Notes: generated by a model not told the origin, from the sequence alone. A DNA stretch of 10,748 bases from Deferrisomatales bacterium (GCA_033551855.1 JAWSUI010000087.1:1-10748), one strand, 5' to 3'. Shown: positions 1 through 7,329, numbered from the stretch's first letter. Program-made: numbers and translations.

Positions 1-70
1 CTGGGATGTCAGGGGGTTCGCCTCGATTCAGGAACGAATTTTTCAGGAACTTCCGCATAGAAGCAAGAGC

Positions 71-103
71 AAAGGGACAGGCGAAAAGACAGGCGAATAA
101 TCC
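71..103 (-). repeat. Transposase-associated repeat, copy L1, with internal duplication
   Basis: AAAGGGACAGGCGAA at 71-85; GACAGGCGAA occurs at 76-85 and again at 88-97, followed by TAATCC. Confidence 0.85.
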
Positions 104-336
104 GGAGCCTGGCCGAGCCCCCCGGTGGCTCCCACTAAGGGTGGCCTGGAGAGAGGGTGCGCCGGGCCAATACGGGAAGCCCGGGAACTCGGTGAAGGCG
201 AAGGAAGTCGGAAACGACCTGAGGAACTGGCGGGCGCGCAGAAGGACCAGACTCCGGGGGGCGGGACCGCCGTGGGCAGGCAGACCTGTCCCTCGGAGAG
301 GGCCGAGACGGCGGGAGTGGCGGCCGACTTCGGGCC

Positions 337-1272
337 TCAGGCGGGCCTTCGCAGCCGCTTGAGCGAGAACACGCCGTCGAGGTCCGGGACCCGGTGGGGT
401 CTCCTATCCCGCCGCTGGGCCGGGTGCCCCCCGAACCGCCGGCAGCACGCAGCCACGAAGGCCTGGGTGCCGATCACCCCCGAGTCGGTGAAGTACCGGA
501 TCCGGCAGGAAAGCCGGTGGGCGGCGCCGATCTCGTAGCCCCGCTCCTCCTCCCTCTGCACGACCTCCTCCGGGATCCCCGCCCCCTTGTCGCCGGCAAG
601 GGAACCGACCTGGTAGACATACTTCCGGTAGGCCCGAAGCCGCTGGCCCTCGTTCAGGGCCCCGAAAGGGGCCAGGCCTAGATCGAGGGAGAGAAGGCCC
701 TCGGGGTTTCCCGCCTGCAGGTGGTAGCCAAGCGAGCTCCACCGGTAGTCCTCGGGGCGGTTCACCAGGCCTGCGCGCACGGGGTTCAGGTCCACGTAGG
801 CGAGCACGTTGATCAGCGTGTCGCCGTTCTCCACCAGCACGCTCTTGAATCGCTCCCCCCAGAAGTAGCCCCGCCGGCCGTGGGTCTTGTTGAACCACCG
901 AGAGAAGGACTGTTTGAAGTCCTTTACGAGTTCCGAGAGGCTCTCCCACTTGGCCCGGTAAAAGGGGATCTGACCGTCGAGGAGTTCCCGCTTCGCCTCC
1001 TCGCTCTCGCCGTAGTACAGCCGGAAGCGCTGCCGGACCTCTTGGTCAGACACGCCGGCTCCGGTGTGCATGCGAAGGACCAGGTGGACATGGCTGCCCA
1101 TCCAGCAAAACCCCAGGACCTCGACGAAGTAGACCCGGGCCAGGCGGAGAAGGAGCTTCGTGAGGTGCTCCTTCTCCCAGTCGCCCAGGACGAAGCCCGG
1201 CAGCGCGGAGCGGGAGACGACGTGGTAGGTGGCGGACTCGCCCTGGACGAGAAACCGGGGGATGCGAGGCAT
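337..1272 (-). CDS. HUH/Y1 tyrosine transposase, REP-associated (RAYT)/IS200-like family, long ~310-aa subtype
   Basis: N-terminal MPRIPR...YHVVSR; HUH motif (MGSHVHLVL); GYFWGERFKS; catalytic-Tyr segment AYVDLNPVRAGLV..PEDYRWSS; RBS GGAGGT at 1279-1284 on the minus strand. Confidence 0.93.
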   Translation of the reverse strand: MPRIPRFLVQGESATYHVVSRSALPGFVLGDWEKEHLTKLLLRLARVYFVEVLGFCWMGSHVHLVLRMHTGAGVSDQEVRQRFRLYYGESEEAKRELLDGQIPFYRAKWESLSELVKDFKQSFSRWFNKTHGRRGYFWGERFKSVLVENGDTLINVLAYVDLNPVRAGLVNRPEDYRWSSLGYHLQAGNPEGLLSLDLGLAPFGALNEGQRLRAYRKYVYQVGSLAGDKGAGIPEEVVQREEERGYEIGAAHRLSCRIRYFTDSGVIGTQAFVAACCRRFGGHPAQRRDRRPHRVPDLDGVFSLKRLRRPA

Positions 1273-1325
1273 GGCGGCACCTCCGGGGAAGGAGGGGAGG
1301 GGAAGCCGACAGAAGTTATCTCAAA

Positions 1326-1353
1326 ACTTTACTCGCAGCCCCATGTCTGTCAA
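1326..1353 (-). promoter_or_regulatory. Sigma70-type promoter for the transposase
   Basis: Minus strand TTGACA (1353-1348), 16-nt spacer, TAAAGT (1331-1326), about 54 nt upstream of the ATG. Confidence 0.7.
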
Positions 1354-1354
1354 G

Positions 1355-1383
1355 AATAGTCGGCCTGTCCCCTCTTCCCTCTT
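1355..1383 (+). repeat. Transposase-associated repeat, copy R1
   Basis: AATAGTCGGCCTGTCCCCTCTT; CCCTCTT is tandemly duplicated (1370-1376, 1377-1383). Confidence 0.85.
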
Positions 1384-1428
1384 CTTTGCCCCTCGCTCTC
1401 GACCTCCCCGTCTCGGCCGCTGAGGCCG

Positions 1429-2130
1429 TCAGAAGCGAACCGAAAGTCCTGCGAGGAGCTGATGGGTCCGGAGATCCACCTTGACCTCCTCGCGTTCCGC
1501 TGAGCCGGCGACCACCAACCAGAAGCCTTCCGACTCGCCGTCCGCTTTGAGGTCCGCCTGGAGATAGCGATACGCCCCGAAGGCGGCGAGTCGTCGGCTC
1601 ATGTGCCAGGCCAGCCCCGCTCGGAGATCCACGCCCATTCCACTCCCCCCGCCTCGGACCTTCTCGGGGACCTCCGGACGGAAGTCCACGCTCATACTGG
1701 CTGTGACCAAGGCCAGTCCCACGGCTCCGTAAGGCTGCAGGCGTCCTCTTGGGAAGGCCTGGCTTGCACCCAACGGGAACCGAAGCATCAGCAGCCCGGT
1801 TAAGGGGACAACATCGAGATCGACGCCGTCTCCGTTCGCTTTGAAGTAGGAGACGTCCAGCGCCACGCCAAACGACGGCGCGCTCTCGAACCAGTGGCCG
1901 AGCCGTAGGCCGAAGACGGGGGCGGAGTCGAAGGAGACGCGGCGGTCGGCCTCGAAGCGCTGGCCGGGGCCCAGGATGGTCAGGTGCTGGTGGGTTACGG
2001 AAACGGTCGCGTCCTCGACCCGTGCCACTCCGAGGTACAGGTCCAGAAACGTTTCCGACCTCCCGGCTTCCGCCGAGAGGCAGACGAGGGCGAATGCGCC
2101 GATGATGACGAACCTCGTGTTCCCCTTCAT
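1429..2130 (-). CDS. Outer membrane beta-barrel protein (OmpA/OmpW-like small barrel)
   Basis: Signal peptide MKGNTRFVIIGAFALVCLSAEA; amphipathic strands (FGLRLGHWF, FGVALDVSY, LQPYGAVGLA, LRAGLAWHM, AFGAYRY); C-terminal beta-signal LLAGLSVRF; RBS GAGG. Confidence 0.88.
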   Translation of the reverse strand: MKGNTRFVIIGAFALVCLSAEAGRSETFLDLYLGVARVEDATVSVTHQHLTILGPGQRFEADRRVSFDSAPVFGLRLGHWFESAPSFGVALDVSYFKANGDGVDLDVVPLTGLLMLRFPLGASQAFPRGRLQPYGAVGLALVTASMSVDFRPEVPEKVRGGGSGMGVDLRAGLAWHMSRRLAAFGAYRYLQADLKADGESEGFWLVVAGSAEREEVKVDLRTHQLLAGLSVRF

Positions 2131-2147
2131 GGCTGCCTCACTGGTTG

Positions 2148-2201
2148 CCGGATAGTTGGCCCGGATAGTTGGCCTGTCCCCTTTTCGGTTCCCTTTTCGG
2201 T
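2148..2201 (+). repeat. Transposase-associated repeat, copy R2, with tandem duplications on both sides
   Basis: GGATAGTTGGCCTGTCCCCTTTT at 2163-2185; CCGGATAGTTGGC at 2148-2160 and 2161-2173; CCCTTTTCGGT at 2179-2189 and 2191-2201. Confidence 0.88.
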
Positions 2202-2349
2202 GCCCCCAACTCCCAGGGGCCGAGCAGGGCAGCGGAGGAGCCGCAGGCGCCGATCGCGGTTCTGCTGGAGGGGCGGGGTCGACGGTCTCCGACTCCCCCC
2301 GGCCGACCGCCGGGTCGTCCTTCCGCGGGTGCCCTTGGTGTGCCAGGAA

Positions 2350-2365
2350 AGCAACTGGCGTGCCA
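2350..2365 (-). promoter_or_regulatory. Sigma54 (-24/-12) promoter
   Basis: Minus strand TGGCACG-CCAG-TTGCT, an exact match to TGGCACG-N4-TTGCW, pointing toward the beta-barrel gene. Confidence 0.8.
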
Positions 2366-2389
2366 TGGGGCAGTCGGCCTTCGCATGAG

Positions 2390-2445
2390 CCGCGAGGGGG
2401 TCGGTTTCGCGATTCTCAGCCCGGCCTGGGCACTCCCCCTCGCGG
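2390..2445. repeat. Perfect 11-bp inverted repeat
   Basis: CCGCGAGGGGG (2390-2400) and CCCCCTCGCGG (2435-2445), 34-nt spacer, between the sigma54 site and the enhancer-like box. Confidence 0.6.
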
Positions 2446-2475
2446 AGTTTCCGAGCATTCCCGGCACACCCCCTC

Positions 2476-2488
2476 GGCATTTCCTGCC
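2476..2488. promoter_or_regulatory. Putative enhancer-binding-protein site
   Basis: Palindrome GGCA-TTTCC-TGCC 111 bp upstream of the -24 element; a weaker copy GAGCA-N5-GGCAC lies 22 bp away (2453-2467); equivalent box at 7317-7329. Confidence 0.5.
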
Positions 2489-2579
2489 CATCGAGACCGT
2501 TGGGGTGCTCGGGGCGGCCGGCCGGCGGGAAGGCCCTTGGGGCCTTTCCTTGTGAGTGGCACCTCGCCCGGCTGGGGAG

Positions 2580-2631
2580 GTCTTGGCGACAGGGTAGCCC
2601 GGGGGAGGTAGCCGATGTGAAACACCACGAG
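2580..2631. repeat. Conserved intergenic motif, copy 1 (paralog of 7430-7480)
   Basis: GTCTTGGCGACAGGGTAGCCCGGGGGAGGTA matches 7430-7460 at 27/31 positions without gaps; downstream ATG and AACAC are also conserved in register. Confidence 0.8.
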
Positions 2632-2718
2632 AGACAGACGAGGAGATCACTACCCTGCCCCCGGGGGAGCTCGCTCGAACGACAGAGCGGCGGCGGCCTC
2701 GTCGAGACGGAGCAAACC

Positions 2719-3252
2719 TCAATCCGGTGACTGTTCCACTTCGGGCAGGAACCCCTGGGGCAGCCCCTGTGGGAAGCGCGCGAACTGGTACAGGCGGGGC
2801 AGATCGCCCGGGTCGACGTTCAGCTCGGTGCTGCGCCGTGCCCCGACCGACGACGTCACCCCGGTGGCGATCCAGGCCGGTCCCGTGAAGATCAGGAAGG
2901 AGCCGTGCGTGACGGTGGAAGCGCAGCCAAAGGTGGACCAGAGAGCGGTCTTGCCGCGGTCGCTCTTCGCGAGCTCGACGGTCACGCGATCGGTGGGTGC
3001 CACCGGAAACGGTTCGGCACCCTCGGCGGTCTGCAGCCAGATCCGCTCTTCTTCCACGGCCAGGAGCTCTCCGGACAGTTCTTCTCCCCCCGGCCGGGTC
3101 ACCCAGACCCGGTGACCGCGCACGGGCACCTCTGCGACGTTCACTCCGGTCTTGGGTGTACCCGGGGCCTGGCTGCGGTCGAGCCCTCCCAGATTGGAGG
3201 AGGCACAGGCGAGGGCGAGCAAACACCCTGCGAGGCACCACGGCCGGCTCAC
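2719..3252 (-). CDS. Hypothetical lipoprotein with hydrophobic segment and C-terminal ARFPQGLP motif
   Basis: GTG start overlapping the upstream stop (GTGA, 3249-3252); RBS GGAGGT; signal with LALAC lipobox; small beta domain GHRVWVT..LSGELLAVEEERIWL; hydrophobic stretch WSTFGCASTVTHGSFLIFTGPAWIATGV. Confidence 0.78.
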   Translation of the reverse strand: MSRPWCLAGCLLALACASSNLGGLDRSQAPGTPKTGVNVAEVPVRGHRVWVTRPGGEELSGELLAVEEERIWLQTAEGAEPFPVAPTDRVTVELAKSDRGKTALWSTFGCASTVTHGSFLIFTGPAWIATGVTSSVGARRSTELNVDPGDLPRLYQFARFPQGLPQGFLPEVEQSPD

Positions 3253-4817
3253 GGGGCACCTCCGCCGACGGCAAGACCCCGGCGATCCACGCGGCTCTTC
3301 CAGAAGTACTCCTCCATCCTGCCCTCGATCTTCTTGTACTCAGGCGCAAGGCGCCGGAGGGTCGCCTCGGGATCTGCCAGCGCGCGGGCGGCCAGGCCCT
3401 GGTCCTCTTCGGTGAGCCACTCCCTACGCATCCATTCGTAGTAGTAGCCCCGAGACTCCAGGAAGAGCTCCGAATCCCCTTCCGGGAGCTCGAAGTGCAG
3501 GGTGTACGCGTCGCCCGGGTAGGTGACCAGATAGGCATCCGGGTCGAGCAGGAGCCGCAAGGCCTCCGGCTCCGTATGGCCGCCCCGGGTGACGTCGGCG
3601 AGCGGGATCGCAGCGGGCGATACCGGAGGCTCCAGCACGGCGAGCCCGGCGAAGTCGATCTTCCAGTTGCCCCGCGCGAGGGTCAGCCGGACTCGCCACC
3701 TCTCGGAGGGGAGCTGTGCGGCGACGTCGGGTGGGATCGGAACGACCTGCACCTCCCGAGCGATGGGCCCGACTTCGTGGAAGGAGCCGATGGGAACCCA
3801 TCGGCCGTCCCGGTCCTGGACGCTCACCTCCACCGCGCCCAGCAGGCGACCAACCCCTGACGCGAGCTCGATCGCCTTCGCGTCCCCGCGATCCAACTCG
3901 ATCAGCCAGTCACCCGCCCGGAGCCCCATGTACGCCAGGACCTGGTAGAAGAGGTAGGTATTGAGCAGGGAGTTTCGCCCGGCGATCACGATGCCGGTGC
4001 TCCCCTCCAGAAAGGGGAAGTCGAGTTCCACCGTCTCGCGGGCGGCCAGGTACTCGGGGTCTGCCGGGGAGAGGTACTCCAGCGCGTCCACCGAGCCCAC
4101 GGCGGCCAGGCAGTCGCCTTGGCCGGAGCGGCATTCCACGGGGGGGAGGACGAGGCGCGCGGGATAGAAGCTCTCCCCGGCGCGAAAGACCCGGCCCCCT
4201 TCCGGGCGGGGCGCGGCGAGCACCCTCACCGAACGGACGGCGTGCGTCTCCAAGGCGTCGTTGGTCATCAGGAGCTCGAAACGGCGCCCTTCGGGCCGCG
4301 CCGTGTAGAGCGCGTCCACGTCCGTCGCTTCGAGGGAGCGGGCGACGCTCGCAGAAAACCCCTCGGCCTGGAGGGCGAGATCGCCGGCCTCGTCCAGGGC
4401 GAAGAAAGTCGGGCACGACCCGAAGCAGGCCTTGGGGTTCGCGAGGCAAGCGGCGGTGACCGCCAGAGAAACCCCGGTCATGACCCCCAGGACGACCATG
4501 TGGTTCTTGGCGACCGAGCGGGGCTCGTTGGTCTCCAGGAGGCGAACGTCCTGGATCGGTATGGAGAGGGCACCACGGGCCACCTCCTTGCGGTCTCGGT
4601 CATAGCGGACCCCGGTCCCGGCGATTCTCCGCTCCTGCTCCTCGACCGTCCAGTCGTCGAGCACGAACACCTCGCCCTGCTCGGTGTGGCACTTGAGAAA
4701 CGGCACGGCCGGATCCACCCGGTGATATTCCGACGGCTGGATGAACTGGGCACGCCAGACCGTCGCCGAGCAACCGGCGGCGAGCGGCAGGAGCAGCAGA
4801 AGCGCCATCCTCTCCAT
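3249..4817 (-). CDS. Hypothetical lipoprotein with TM helix, CxxNPKACFGSCP motif and large beta-rich C-terminal region
   Basis: Start placed at ATG 4817 (MERMALLLLLPLAAGC, lipobox; 4808 is an alternative) rather than 4934, which lies inside the repeat element; internal helix MVVLGVMTGVSLAVTAAC followed by LANPKACFGSCPTFF; long open frame with protein-like composition. Confidence 0.82.
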   Translation of the reverse strand: MERMALLLLLPLAAGCSATVWRAQFIQPSEYHRVDPAVPFLKCHTEQGEVFVLDDWTVEEQERRIAGTGVRYDRDRKEVARGALSIPIQDVRLLETNEPRSVAKNHMVVLGVMTGVSLAVTAACLANPKACFGSCPTFFALDEAGDLALQAEGFSASVARSLEATDVDALYTARPEGRRFELLMTNDALETHAVRSVRVLAAPRPEGGRVFRAGESFYPARLVLPPVECRSGQGDCLAAVGSVDALEYLSPADPEYLAARETVELDFPFLEGSTGIVIAGRNSLLNTYLFYQVLAYMGLRAGDWLIELDRGDAKAIELASGVGRLLGAVEVSVQDRDGRWVPIGSFHEVGPIAREVQVVPIPPDVAAQLPSERWRVRLTLARGNWKIDFAGLAVLEPPVSPAAIPLADVTRGGHTEPEALRLLLDPDAYLVTYPGDAYTLHFELPEGDSELFLESRGYYYEWMRREWLTEEDQGLAARALADPEATLRRLAPEYKKIEGRMEEYFWKSRVDRRGLAVGGGAP

Positions 4818-4870
4818 CGGCCTTCTGACCCTTCGCAGCACCGTCGCATCTCCTTCCACCGCTAGCAGAG

Positions 4871-4957
4871 AAAAAGGGACAGGCGAACTATCGGGCGTTT
4901 CGTGGCCCGATCTCGTGTGACGGCGAGCACCCAAGGATAATTGGCCTGTCCCCTTTC
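4871..4957. mobile_element. Non-autonomous REPIN/MITE-like element (inverted repeat pair L2 + R3)
   Basis: AAAAAGGGACAGGCGAACTATC (4871-4892) and GGATAATTGGCCTGTCCCCTTTC (4935-4957) in inverted orientation, same polarity as the transposase ends; internal hairpin ATCGGGC/GCCCGAT (4890-4896, 4905-4911). Confidence 0.72.
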
Positions 4958-4974
4958 CGCTCTTGCCAGGCTGT

Positions 4975-6960
4975 TCACAGCCCCGATGCCGCCCCGGACC
5001 GGGCGAGCAGGGCGCTGAGAAAGCACTCTTGCCCCGGAGGCGGGGCCGAGGTCCGGTCGAAGGTGGCCATGCAGGTGAGATTCCCGTGCAGGGTCACCAG
5101 GCCGTCCCGGCAGTCCGGGTCGCCGCCCCACCCCGCAAAGGCCGAGCCGCCGTAGGGGCTCGCCACGAGCCGGACGACCGTCCCCTCGGCGAAGCTCGCC
5201 TGGCACTTGGCCCCGCACTCCAGCCCGGCGGGCTGGCTCGTGACGACGCCGATCCCGGTTCCCCCCTTGGCCAGGTTGAGGAGGCGGTGGGCCGTCAGCT
5301 CGCCGGCGACGTCGGCGTCCGAGTAGGTCACGTAGGCGCGCCGGCCGTCCGGGCTCACGGCTACCCCTGCGGGGCTGGCGGGGGCCTCGATCGTCCAGCT
5401 CACCTCGTTCGTCGCTGTGTCGGCGACCGTCACGGTCTTGCTGCCCTCGTTGGCCGCGAAGACCCTCCTCCCGTCGGGGCTCACGGCCAGCCCCCTCGGC
5501 AGGGAGCCGGTCGGTATGCTTCCGGAGACCTCGCGGAGCGGCGTGCTCACCACCGTGACGGAGGCCCCGAGCTCGTGGGAGACGAAGAGTCGCTGCCCGT
5601 CGGGGGTGAGGGCGATGTCCAGAGGTCGGTACCCCACGGGGATCCTTGCCAGCGGAACCCCGCCAGACGGCTCGAAGACGCGGACCTCCCCGGGCTCGGT
5701 GAGGGACGAGAAGGCCGCGTACACCAGCAGGCCGTCGGGGCTCGGGGCCACGGCGAGGGGCACGAAGCCTGCCGTGCCGGGGAGGCTCGCGGTGATGTGG
5801 CCCCCCCGGAGGTCGACGACGCTCACGCCTCCCCCGTCCCGGGCGTCGGCGACGTAGAGGAGCCGGCCGTCGGGGCTTACCGCCAGGCCACGGGAGCCCC
5901 TGGGGGGATCTCCGCAGGGGGCCGACAGATTGCCCACGAGGACGTTCGACACCCCGTGCAGGATCGTCACCCCGTCTCCGCCCCCACAGGCATACACCCG
6001 CCTGCCGTCCGGGCTGATCGCCAAGGCCGGCGGGCCGGCCCCGGGGGTCGCGGGCACGGCGGTCGAGGACAGAATCTGGCGCGTGGCGGCGTCCAACATG
6101 AAGACGGCCGGTCCGTCGTTCGGGGTGAGGGCGGCGATGAATACCCGCCTCCCGTCGGGGCTCACGACAACCGCGCCCTGGAGTGCGTCGACCGGGATCG
6201 GCAGGAGTGAGGCGCCGGTCGGGTGCCCGGCCCGGGCGTCGAAGCTCCGGGGGCTGATCGCGACGCCGTGGGCCGTGCTGGCGAAGAGGTGCCCGTCGGA
6301 GGCCCCGCTCGGCACCACGGCTACGACCCGGTGCGAGTCCGCTTGGAGGACTGCCGCGGCAGGTGTGGCGTCGAAGAGCAGGTCCGCCGCCCCGATCCCC
6401 TCCAGCCCGGTGCCCACGATCGTCACGACGGTTCCCGGGGCTCCTCCCCGGGGAGAGAAGAAGCGGATGCGGGGTCCCCCGGGGGTGGCCACCTGGGTGC
6501 CGGTGAAGGAGCCCGCGCCGCCCGTCTCGGGCTTGGTCCAGGCGCCGCTGGCGCTGCGGGTGGCGAGGTCGAGCGCCGTGAGAACCCACTCGTTGTCGGG
6601 GCAAGGAGGCCGGTAGAGCCACCCCGTGGGCACTTCGCCGGCTCCGGCCAGGCCCTCGAGGCTCGCGTCGGCGCAGTCGACGTCGCCGTCGAGCACGACC
6701 GCCCCCGTCACCGTGGCGGCTTCCCGATCCGCCGTCACCTCCGCCTCCCAGTTCCCGGTGACCGTGCCGAAGATGGGGTCGGTTCCCCTCCAGGTGCCGG
6801 CCCAGACGCCGGTGAGGTCCGGGGGCGGCGGCTCGGCTTCGCCGCCCCCGGACCCGCCGCACGCGGCGAGCCCCAGGCAGGCCAGTAGCGTGATGAGGAG
6901 GTGCCCCCGGGGAAGGCCGGCGGGGGACGAGCCGTCGTACACCTTGGAGATACGTTTCAT
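4975..6960 (-). CDS. Surface lipoprotein: IPT/TIG domain, 7-bladed YncE/YVTN beta-propeller, InlB B-repeat-like domain
   Basis: RBS GGAGGT before ATG 6960; lipobox LAAC followed by GGSGGG linker; PRIRFFSPRGGAPGTVVTIVGTGL (IPT/TIG); seven [ST]PDG blades; KGGTGIGVVTSQPAGLECGAKC...FAGWGG..C...TCMATF; C-terminal ECFLSAL. Confidence 0.9.
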   Translation of the reverse strand: MKRISKVYDGSSPAGLPRGHLLITLLACLGLAACGGSGGGEAEPPPPDLTGVWAGTWRGTDPIFGTVTGNWEAEVTADREAATVTGAVVLDGDVDCADASLEGLAGAGEVPTGWLYRPPCPDNEWVLTALDLATRSASGAWTKPETGGAGSFTGTQVATPGGPRIRFFSPRGGAPGTVVTIVGTGLEGIGAADLLFDATPAAAVLQADSHRVVAVVPSGASDGHLFASTAHGVAISPRSFDARAGHPTGASLLPIPVDALQGAVVVSPDGRRVFIAALTPNDGPAVFMLDAATRQILSSTAVPATPGAGPPALAISPDGRRVYACGGGDGVTILHGVSNVLVGNLSAPCGDPPRGSRGLAVSPDGRLLYVADARDGGGVSVVDLRGGHITASLPGTAGFVPLAVAPSPDGLLVYAAFSSLTEPGEVRVFEPSGGVPLARIPVGYRPLDIALTPDGQRLFVSHELGASVTVVSTPLREVSGSIPTGSLPRGLAVSPDGRRVFAANEGSKTVTVADTATNEVSWTIEAPASPAGVAVSPDGRRAYVTYSDADVAGELTAHRLLNLAKGGTGIGVVTSQPAGLECGAKCQASFAEGTVVRLVASPYGGSAFAGWGGDPDCRDGLVTLHGNLTCMATFDRTSAPPPGQECFLSALLARSGAASGL

Positions 6961-7191
6961 CGGCGCCACCTCCGTGTCACGGTGCGATCGGGTCACACCT
7001 CCACCCGGCCCCATCGGAGCTCCAGATCGCGTTGTCCTCTTGCCCTGTGGGTTTGCAGAAATGGGCGGGGATCCACACGGCTTCGGATGCATACGTTCCT
7101 GCATGTCGGGTTTGCTCGCCTCTACCCTCCGCCAGAGCTCATCCGCGCGCGCTGGTCAACGGTCGGCGCCTCCTTGCTGATGTGCGGCTGC

Positions 7192-7208
7192 AGCAAGCCA
7201 CCGTGCCA
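7192..7208 (-). promoter_or_regulatory. Sigma54-like site with one extra base in the spacer
   Basis: Minus strand TGGCACG-GTGGC-TTGCT (N5 instead of N4), 232 bp upstream of the lipoprotein ATG. Confidence 0.5.
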
Positions 7209-7246
7209 CGGGCGGGGAGCTTCCCATGGGGCCGAAACCGGCTTTG

Positions 7247-7259
7247 TTTCAATGGCTTG
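7247..7259 (+). promoter_or_regulatory. Putative IHF site
   Basis: TTTCAA-TGGC-TTG, one mismatch to WATCAA-N4-TTR, lying between the sigma54-like site and the enhancer-like box. Confidence 0.4.
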
Positions 7260-7316
7260 CCTCGGACGAAGGCACCTCACCGGCAAGACTCCTCATATTT
7301 CTTGATCTGTCGTCCG

Positions 7317-7329
7317 GGCATTTTGTGCA
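7317..7329. promoter_or_regulatory. Putative enhancer-binding-protein site
   Basis: GGCA-TTTTG-TGCA, 109 bp upstream of the -24 element, same position as the box at 2476-2488. Confidence 0.48.

Larger units (their letters stand above)
71..1376 (-). mobile_element. Transposase-bearing element bounded by inverted GGGACAGGC/GCCTGTCCC repeats
   Basis: Left end AAAGGGACAGGCGAA (71-85) and right end AATAGTCGGCCTGTCCCCTCTT (1355-1376) are inverted copies enclosing the transposase and its promoter. Exact ends are inferred. Confidence 0.65.

Noticed and set aside
1..60. Frame-1 peptide LGCQGVRLDSGTNFSGTSA* and TTCAGGAAC direct repeat (27-35, 42-50)
   Set aside because: Too little sequence at the window edge to call a gene end or an operator.
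285..293. CCTGTCCCT, a partial match to the repeat core
   Set aside because: Lacks the ATAGTTGG-like inner part and the T-tract; may be chance.
4818..4934. N-terminal extension of the 561-aa ORF (likewise 6961-7104, 8548-8868, 8882-9106, 9121-9561 for other genes)
   Set aside because: Extensions cross repeats, regulatory DNA or neighbouring genes; internal starts have RBS and give sensible signal peptides or domain starts.
5330..6170. Recurring CCGTCGGGGCT-like DNA repeats
   Set aside because: They encode the SPDG blades of the beta-propeller; not a CRISPR array or independent repeat.
2138..6888. Long alternative-frame and antisense ORFs (e.g. 2138-3538, 4862-6862, 4963-6210; also 8211-9062, 9382-10323)
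   Set aside because: Arg/Pro/Gly-rich shadows of real genes, expected in very GC-rich DNA; no recognisable motifs.
7020..7130. GCAAACCC motifs in the lipoprotein leader suggesting a c-di-GMP-I riboswitch
   Set aside because: No GAAA tetraloop stem, GACGCAAAGC junction or tetraloop receptor in the expected order.
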